In this document: piece after piece, positions 50,324 through 64,000 of the stretch
Position numbering within the stretch: the first letter of the stretch is position 1
Layout: each line of letters starts with the position of its first letter
Assembly: GCA_012295275.1 (NCBI GenBank)
Contig: CM022665.1
Coordinates: forward strand, 19,778,001-19,842,000
Origin: Chrysomallon squamiferum
Lineage: Eukaryota > Animalia > Mollusca
Direction: 5' to 3'
DNA: 64,000 nucleotides
Made by a program: the position numbers and the translations under genes
Notes under the pieces: model-generated
Told to the model about the DNA's origin: nothing
Seen by the model: only the letters and a program-made list of their open reading frames with translations
Database searches by the model: none

Positions 50324-50892
50324 GTTAATGTTAAGGTGTTTATTTATTTATTTATTTATTTATTTACGACAGATTCTCTCGTGGGAGACATATGCCAGCC
50401 AAGTGTTTACGTCAGAGGTCACGTGGTGTACGCCATGTACAATCCTCACAGCACGGAGACAATGAAGAACGGCTCGTGCTCGTGTACAATCCAGTCGTCG
50501 CAGCCGGGCACGACGGCCGAGGTGGACGTCCTAGCTGTCGACCTCAGACTTGTTCAGAACGAGTCTGGGAAATGTTCTCGCCTCGAACTCATAGATAAAG
50601 GAGTTGTGTTTGCGTTTGGTTGCCATAACAACACTGACCTACCAGATAGTCTCCTGCGTTCTCTAACTAAAACGACGACTCCTATTTCTCTACATCTCAC
50701 TTTACAGAACAGAAATCTGCCGAGATTCATCTGGCTCAGTTTTGAAGGTAAACATGCTCCTAATACAATGATGATTATTATTATCTTTAATTATTAGTAG
50801 TAATAATAATCTTTTTGTCTTTACTGTACTTTATATGAAACATTTAAAAAAATAAAATTAAAAAAAAAAAAAAAAGCCAGAAAAGGGGGGAA

Positions 50893-50939
<47 letters not shown>

Positions 50940-50947
50940 AACAAAAA

Positions 50948-50982
<35 letters not shown>

Positions 50983-52024
50983 AATTAATTAAACAATGAA
51001 ATAAAGAAAGAAACAAACAAACAAACAAACAAATTAATAACAAATAAATAAATAAATAAATAATATTTGTTTCTTTGCTTGTTGGGGGCTGTTGTTATTG
51101 TTGTTGTTGTTATTATCATTATTATTATTATTATTATTATGATTATTATTATTATTATTATGATTATTATTATTTTTATTTTTTACCTGTTCAACGAAAA
51201 TATTATACAGAACTAAAAATATTCATAATGGAAAACATAGCCTTCGATATTATTTGAGTTTGACTTTCTTTTTTTTCTTTTTTTCGAGGCATAATCGCTT
51301 GAGTTTTGCTTTTTCTAACAATTAAATGTGATTACTGATGTGTACGTTGTTTCACTGTAGCGTCAAGTGAGATAGTTTTACGCTGTGGTAACGACGCACT
51401 AGATCTGGAAGTTGGAATTTATCCTTGGATGTTGGAAGGATTGAGAGAAACAGGAATCAGTAAGTTCATTATGTTTTTTATAATCAGTATTAATATTCTT
51501 ACAAAAAAAATGTACACACAGATTATGAATCATTGCAATACGGCACTGTTTAACAAAAGCAGTGTGTAGTTTGATAATTTCTAATGTAATATGGTAGACT
51601 GTAAGAGATGTAACATGTAGAGTATTATGTGTAATTACATGTATCGTAACTATTGTAATAACAATATGTAACATACAGTTTTAATATGCAGATTGTAATC
51701 AATCATAAATATTAGCTATGCAGTGTATTGATGTTAACTAGTCTAACATACAGATATTAACTAATGTTATATATAAATATTAACTAATTTGATATATAGA
51801 AAGTAACTAATGTGATATTAACTATATAACTGTGGGTGTAATATAATTTTAACATTTTTTTAACAGATAGTGTTTGTACTTTTCAGATTCCGATTGGGTT
51901 GCTGCCATATTGTTTGGTGTTTTAATAGGAGTGTTGGTGCTCTCGGTAACTCTGGCGGGATTTCCTTGGTACATGAGGTGAGACTTTGCGATCATTAGCA
52001 GCAGCGATAATTCCTTTTATAAAT

Positions 52025-52062
<38 letters not shown>

Positions 52063-53262
52063 AGTCAGCTCCAAAAAAATTAACTTTATCTTTGCGGTTA
52101 ATAAATATTTAAATTACCATTTCAAAGACAACAGTTTAGAGTGTTTATCAAATTAATTCTTATTTTTATTACACCAAAGTATTCTACTCATTTATCACTA
52201 CCCAATAATTACTTGTTATTTTCTCGTCATTATTTGCTTTTCAGTTATCAGTTTATGACCTATTGGAACGTGGTGTTTTGTCTGTTTGTTTGTTTGTTTT
52301 GTTTTGTTTTGTTTTGTTTTTTGTTGGTGTTTTTTTTTTTTTTTTTTCAATATTTTTATTCACTGTGCAGAAAGCTGATAGCTGAAAGTGAACAGATGAA
52401 GTCTGCCAGCGAGTCTCGACCTGTTGCCAATGGTAACATACTCAATCAGAGACGCAGCTCGCGAGATCCCAAGATTTACGTAGACGTGGAGGAAGCTCTG
52501 TACGGAACGCCACCTAGCTACACGTCCGAAGACAGGAACGGCCATCTTTATTCCGATTCCAGTACAAAGAGTGCAGTAAAAGTTCACAAGAAAAGCGAAA
52601 CGAAACTCGTAGACTTGCCTCAGATTCCTAAAGGTGTGGAGGGAAAGATGGTGGAAAACGGTGAATGTTACTACGCTATGGACGGAATGAGTGAGCAAGG
52701 CACGCTAGACAGAAAGAACAATTCCTTCGTAACTGACACGACCAGCAAAGATTCGGTGTCGATGATCTATTCTGAAATTCCCTATGAGTCGATGGCAACG
52801 TGCAAAACCGGCATGTCTACGTTCAAAGACGAAGGGGAATATTCCTCGCCCTCCATATCCTTCTCCACCGCTTCGACGCTGAACAGAGACGGACTGTACG
52901 AGGCCACGTTTAGTGACGTCACCAGTCCGCTGGGTAAGGCACCGAGTATCGAGTCGATAGAGCTGTCAACGTTACCATCGCAACAAGCTGCCAACGGAAC
53001 GGAAGTTGACGAAGATGACGAATACCTGCTTCCGGTTACCAGTCCCAAGAGACGAAGATCGCAGGAAATCATTGGTGAAGTTCGTAAGTTCATTAACCAG
53101 GCGTTCGTAGAGAAGGGAGAGGGTGATAGTGTTCCGATGCAAAGCATACCCGATGTCGAAACACCCCTCGATGTTACGGAATTTACTGATATATCACCGT
53201 CCGAAACAGCCCAAGTAAACCCGGACGAGTTCAGATTTGAAAACACGGAATACGGATTCTAA
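48535..53262 (+). CDS. Type I membrane receptor B, paralog of A: signal peptide, SUEL/Gal-lectin-like domain, CUB-like domain, TM, ~300-aa Tyr-rich tail (about 629 aa)
   Basis: Exons 48535-48595 (MTCHPIVFILFSTCFCFTLA), 49308-49679 (HSLQCKRKERLAVDKAYYGYK..PCC..DC..EECTGKTKC..VNYRCVK), 50373-50747 (GSCSCTI..VDLRL..LPRFIWLSFE), 51361-51459, 51887-51977 (TM WVAAILFGVLIGVLVLSVTLAGFPWYM), 52371-53262; 1890 nt, open frame. Confidence 0.85.
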
Positions 53263-54479
53263 ACGCTGCTAGTCTTATATTAAGTACTGGCTTGACGAAC
53301 TGTTTTAATATCCTAAATCTACGATATGACGTGAATTTTCTTTAACAGAGAGTTTTAGTTATACAGCAGTGCGTAACAGTGTATCTTTGCGACACAACAA
53401 TGTAGTGACAATGTGTGTTTGTAACAAAACAGTTCAGTATCTTTGTAACAAAATACTGAAGTGTCAGTTTGTAACAATGAAACAGTTGCAGTATATGACA
53501 AGACAGTACAGTGACAATCTGTATTTGTAACAAAAACAGTTCAATATCTTTGTAAGAAAACATTGCAGTAACATTGTTACAAAGGGACTAGTAACAGAGT
53601 ATTGTAATAAAACAGAACTGTTTACACTATAATTGCAACCGTCTTTTTCTCTCTAAATGGTTCTCATAGTTACCATTATTTGTTAAGGATGACTTCAGAA
53701 TAAGTAGTGTTGTTAGTGTTTGTTTACACTGTATTATCATTATTAACAGTCATTTTAGTGACGTATTACAATGTAATAATACTAATTGTTTGCTTACATA
53801 GTAATATGATTGCCAATTAACAGTGGTGTATTAAAATGTAATATTATTGACAGCTCACTAGGGTTGTCACAATATCATCAACATTCGTATTGTGTAACGT
53901 TTACTTTTTTCTGTTTACTTTCTATTGTATAAATCTAAAAAATCTATAATATAGAAGCTTGAAGAATGTATGAAACATTATCTGTGTAATGTATCAAACA
54001 TTATCTTTTTTTCTATATAACGCTTATTATACACACTTTTATATATCCATTCATTTGTGTAATGTATATAGTGTGTACAATGTACAATTATATCTTTATC
54101 TGTTTGTAATTATTTTATATAAAATGTTTCTATCTACATTTAAGTCCTTCTGGTTGAGAGTGTTAATTTTGAAACAAAATCGATCTTTTGGTATTTTATC
54201 ACTGAAGAGATAAGTAAGCAAAAAAAATGCTTCAATACTGATTATCTTCATTGTATGAAAGATTTGTGGAAAGATTACGTTATTTACAAATTTAAAAAAT
54301 GATCACGAAATGGAATAATAGTAAAAACATATTAATAAAGTCATAAAAGAGATATTACATAAAAAAGAAGAAAATTTGATGAATAAAATAAAATAAAATA
54401 AAAATACGAAGAAAAAAAAAAAAAAAAAAAAAAAGAGAGAGAGAAATAGAAATAAAATAAAATAAAATAAAATAAAATA

Positions 54480-54510
<31 letters not shown>

Positions 54511-56356
54511 CGATAGTTGACAAACTATTTTCCCTAAAGGAAGGATAGCGCTAGAAAACGCTAAGAGAAAAAAAAAAAAAAAAAAAAAATTAAAAATCAC
54601 TGGACATCCCACGGTGGTTAATCTACGTGCGTTACAGACGTCTCTGTCCTATACTTTGAACTCATCGTAAACCGCACCCCCTCAAACCAGTGTCCGGTCA
54701 CGCCCTGGCAAGTCATTACGGATATCCGGGGGCAAATTGTAACGACCTGAATGACAGTCACGTTGGCTGATCAATCAAACTCAATCAGGGTTAATGACGT
54801 CATATCCTGACTGATCTTCCGGTTTCGAAAGCCAGTGTCATCTGGCGTGGAAAGTGTATAATTACCTTCACTAATTAATACTGTAGTGATAACAAAGCAA
54901 ATTTGATACAACACAACATTAATAGTAAGAGCGTGCAAAATAATATTAATAATAGAATTACATTCTTAATAATTAAATATGTTCTCACGACAAATCGTAA
55001 TAAGAGTACAAGTATACTGATACATAAAACAGTTTGAAAACAAAACAGAGGCAAATGCAAAACTATAGACTGGCACAATCCCATTTTACTATAATTATCA
55101 TAATTTATTAACTATTTAAATAGAAATTCAAGACACGTATATATTTATATTGAAAAATATTTAATATGTTACTTTATAGATGTAACAAGAAATTCAGCGA
55201 GGGTGATAACTAAGAAAGATGCATTCTCATTTCATTTTTTTTTATTTATTTATTTATTTTCTTTCTTTCTTTCTTTCTTTATTAACTTATTATTTCTCCT
55301 TTTTAGATAATTGTTTATGTTATATATTGTGTTTGATGATAGAGAAAGAATGTTTAAATCTTAGAAGAAAAAAACAACAACAAAAAACCCAACAAACTTA
55401 CAGCTATAAACTACTTTAAACACTTTTCTACGTAATAACCGTAAATCTCTCACAGTTTAAAATGTTTTAATGAATGTGATTAATTCAGTCTATCAAACAC
55501 GAAAACTGAATAGTTTTTAACTAAATCGATTTAATTATTCTACTTCCCTGATTTCATTAATTTATTTGACTGTTAAAACACGTTCTGAAGTAAAAACATT
55601 TCAGTTAAATCTACGTTAACAAAGAAACCAGTTAACTAACCACATCTGAAATTTAAAACAGTAAAATAAAAAAAAAATAAAGTGATAAATAGATAGATAA
55701 ACAGAGATAGAGACAGATATAGAGAGAGATAGATAGACAGACAGATAGACAGATAAGCTGATTGATTGATAGATAAAGAAACAAGCAAACAAATAAATAA
55801 ATACAAACACAGACAAACAAAGAAACAAACAAGTAAACTAATAAATAAATAAATAAACTAAGCGTGTTACTCTGTCTCGTTTTCAGTTCAGTTGTCAGAC
55901 GACAAAGCTTATCAGATAGTGATGGTCTGTTCTAGTCCACGCGATAAAAACTTACTCTCATCAAAGTGATGACAGTTTGTTAAAAGGTTACATTTAATCG
56001 GGTGATATTATGACTGAAGTGTGGCTGTCTGTATGGATAAATACTCGTCAATTAACAAAGACTGTCTGTACTTTATCTGTCTGGGTCTCTAGTGTCGATA
56101 AACAGTCATTCATGTCTAACGACTTCAGGTTAGATACTCCAGTCAGTAACATTAGGGCAGATAACCAACTCATCAATGTTCAAAAAGCATCACAAGAGAT
56201 AGCAGGTGATTCATGTTTAATGTTAAACAAAATCTAACGATATACTGGTGTTAGTATTATGTTACCCGAATATTAACTGTAACATCGGAGTATGTTTTAT
56301 TAAGTAACAAAAGAATGATATCTAAATATAAAAAAATATAAAAATTAAAAATAAAT

Positions 56357-56445
<89 letters not shown>

Positions 56446-57045
56446 AATAAATAAAATAGTAACAGTTTGGTATTATTTAATAAAAATGCAATATCTAAAT
56501 ATTACATAAAAATAGTAATACATTGGTATTATTTAATACAAATGTCATATTTAAATATTAAATGAAAAAGTAATAGTCTTGTGTTATTAAATAAAAATGT
56601 AATATCTCAGTAATCGATGAAAATTCTGTATTGTTTTTGTTTGATTTATTATTCTTGTTGTTTTATTTTTTTTTAATTATTATTTGTTTATTCATGTATA
56701 TTTTATTTATTAATATCATTATTACTTATTTATTTATTTATTTATTATTATTATTAATGTTATTGTTATTATTATTATTATTATTATTATTGGGTTGTTT
56801 TGATACTGTTGTTTGTTTTTGTTTTGTTTTTTTGGGGGTGTTTGTTTTTGTTTGTTTTTGTCTGAAAAGATTTCATTCTCACACTAAAGAAAAAAGCTCT
56901 GTCGCACATTTTATCTCAGTTTTAAAAAAAAAGAAAATCTTATCTCAGACTGTCTGTCTCTCGTACTTTGTTTAGATAACTCATTATCAGTGACTACATT
57001 GTTCACTGCACCTTCATTCATACGAGCAGACGTCGTCGTGGAAGT

Positions 57046-63146
<6,101 letters not shown>

Positions 63147-63213
63147 CGTCATACACAAATTGAGACCAGACATACGAACCATACACAAACATGCCTCTGT
63201 GAGGTGTTGTGTG

Positions 63214-63256
<43 letters not shown>

Positions 63257-64000
63257 CACATGTATGATGCAAATATGCACAGTTTGAGATACGTATGTTC
63301 AAATAAATATGCACATAGTTTTAAGTATAAAAACTGATAACTGTACCAATGTATGTCATTGTTTACTGTTGTTCATTTTTGTACTTCACTGTTTGAAGGG
63401 ATCATCTTCACATTTCTATTTTAATAAAATTTACGATGTTGATAAATGTGAACTGTTTAACAGTTTAAATAAAACATTTTTAATTATAACGCCTGGCACA
63501 GTCATCTTTTCAATATGTTATGAGATAAAAGATAGCCATTGCTGAAAACAGTTTGAAAATAAATATGAAAACGGGTATATGTAAAGGGTATGGAAAGACG
63601 TTGATCGACTGACATAATTACTTGGATTTCCTTATATTTATGGGAATAAATGAATTTTTGTATTATGAAGATATTATATACTGATGTATGAAGCACTGAT
63701 GTATGAATGTATATTATTTTGATGTGTAAAGGTGTTATGTATTGATAAATGAAGTATAAAGTGTTTGATGTATTGACTAGTAGAGGATATAACATAGCAA
63801 TGTTTAAAGGTTTTGATGTAGGCCAATGACTCGTGATAGGATTAGATGCACTGAATTATAGAGAACGTGACACAGTGAGGTTAAAGGGTATGAAGTTTAT
63901 CAAACGTATAAAAGGTTTAGAGATTATTACAGTATGTATAACGTTAGACTGAAGTCTTATAAATCTCTGTTTTATAATGTCAGTCGTTCATAACAGTCGT

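Noticed and set aside
52360-53246. Minus-strand ORFs of 112 and 154 aa
   Set aside because: Antisense shadows of the receptor B last exon.
54600-54860. GC-richer block with a CRE palindrome (atgacgtcat) upstream of the T-box gene
   Set aside because: Could be an enhancer or a repeat fragment; short motifs alone are insufficient evidence.

Overview
AT-rich, intron-rich animal genomic DNA; gene content and repeat style suggest a mollusc or other lophotrochozoan (inference). Manual exon assembly with GT-AG sites and phase checks gives six genes. (1) A 3'-truncated double-AT-hook nuclear protein (minus, 55-5410). (2) A complete 26-exon two-pore channel TPC2/TPCN2 (+, 9337-23683, about 827 aa), head-to-head with gene 1. 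(3) A 4-exon neuromedin-U/PRXamide-type (CAPA/pyrokinin-like) GPCR (minus, 26968-37477). (4, 5) Two tandem, highly diverged paralogous single-pass receptors with signal peptide, SUEL-lectin-like Cys domain, beta-rich CUB-like domain, TM and a long Tyr-motif-rich tail (+, 39691-46949 and 48535-53262). (6) A divergent Tbx15/18/20/22-group T-box gene (+, 57046-63146). Three MITE-like elements, one microsatellite-cored hairpin and many mini/microsatellites are present. The most striking unexplained pattern is in the two CpG-depleted genes: intron after intron is filled by a private tandem repeat whose unit copies the adjacent splice junction, often with the first or last exon bases ('splice-junction echoes'). 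This creates arrays of up to about 14 decoy splice sites. Most ORF-track entries are microsatellite or minisatellite artefacts. All coordinates and alignments were done by eye.
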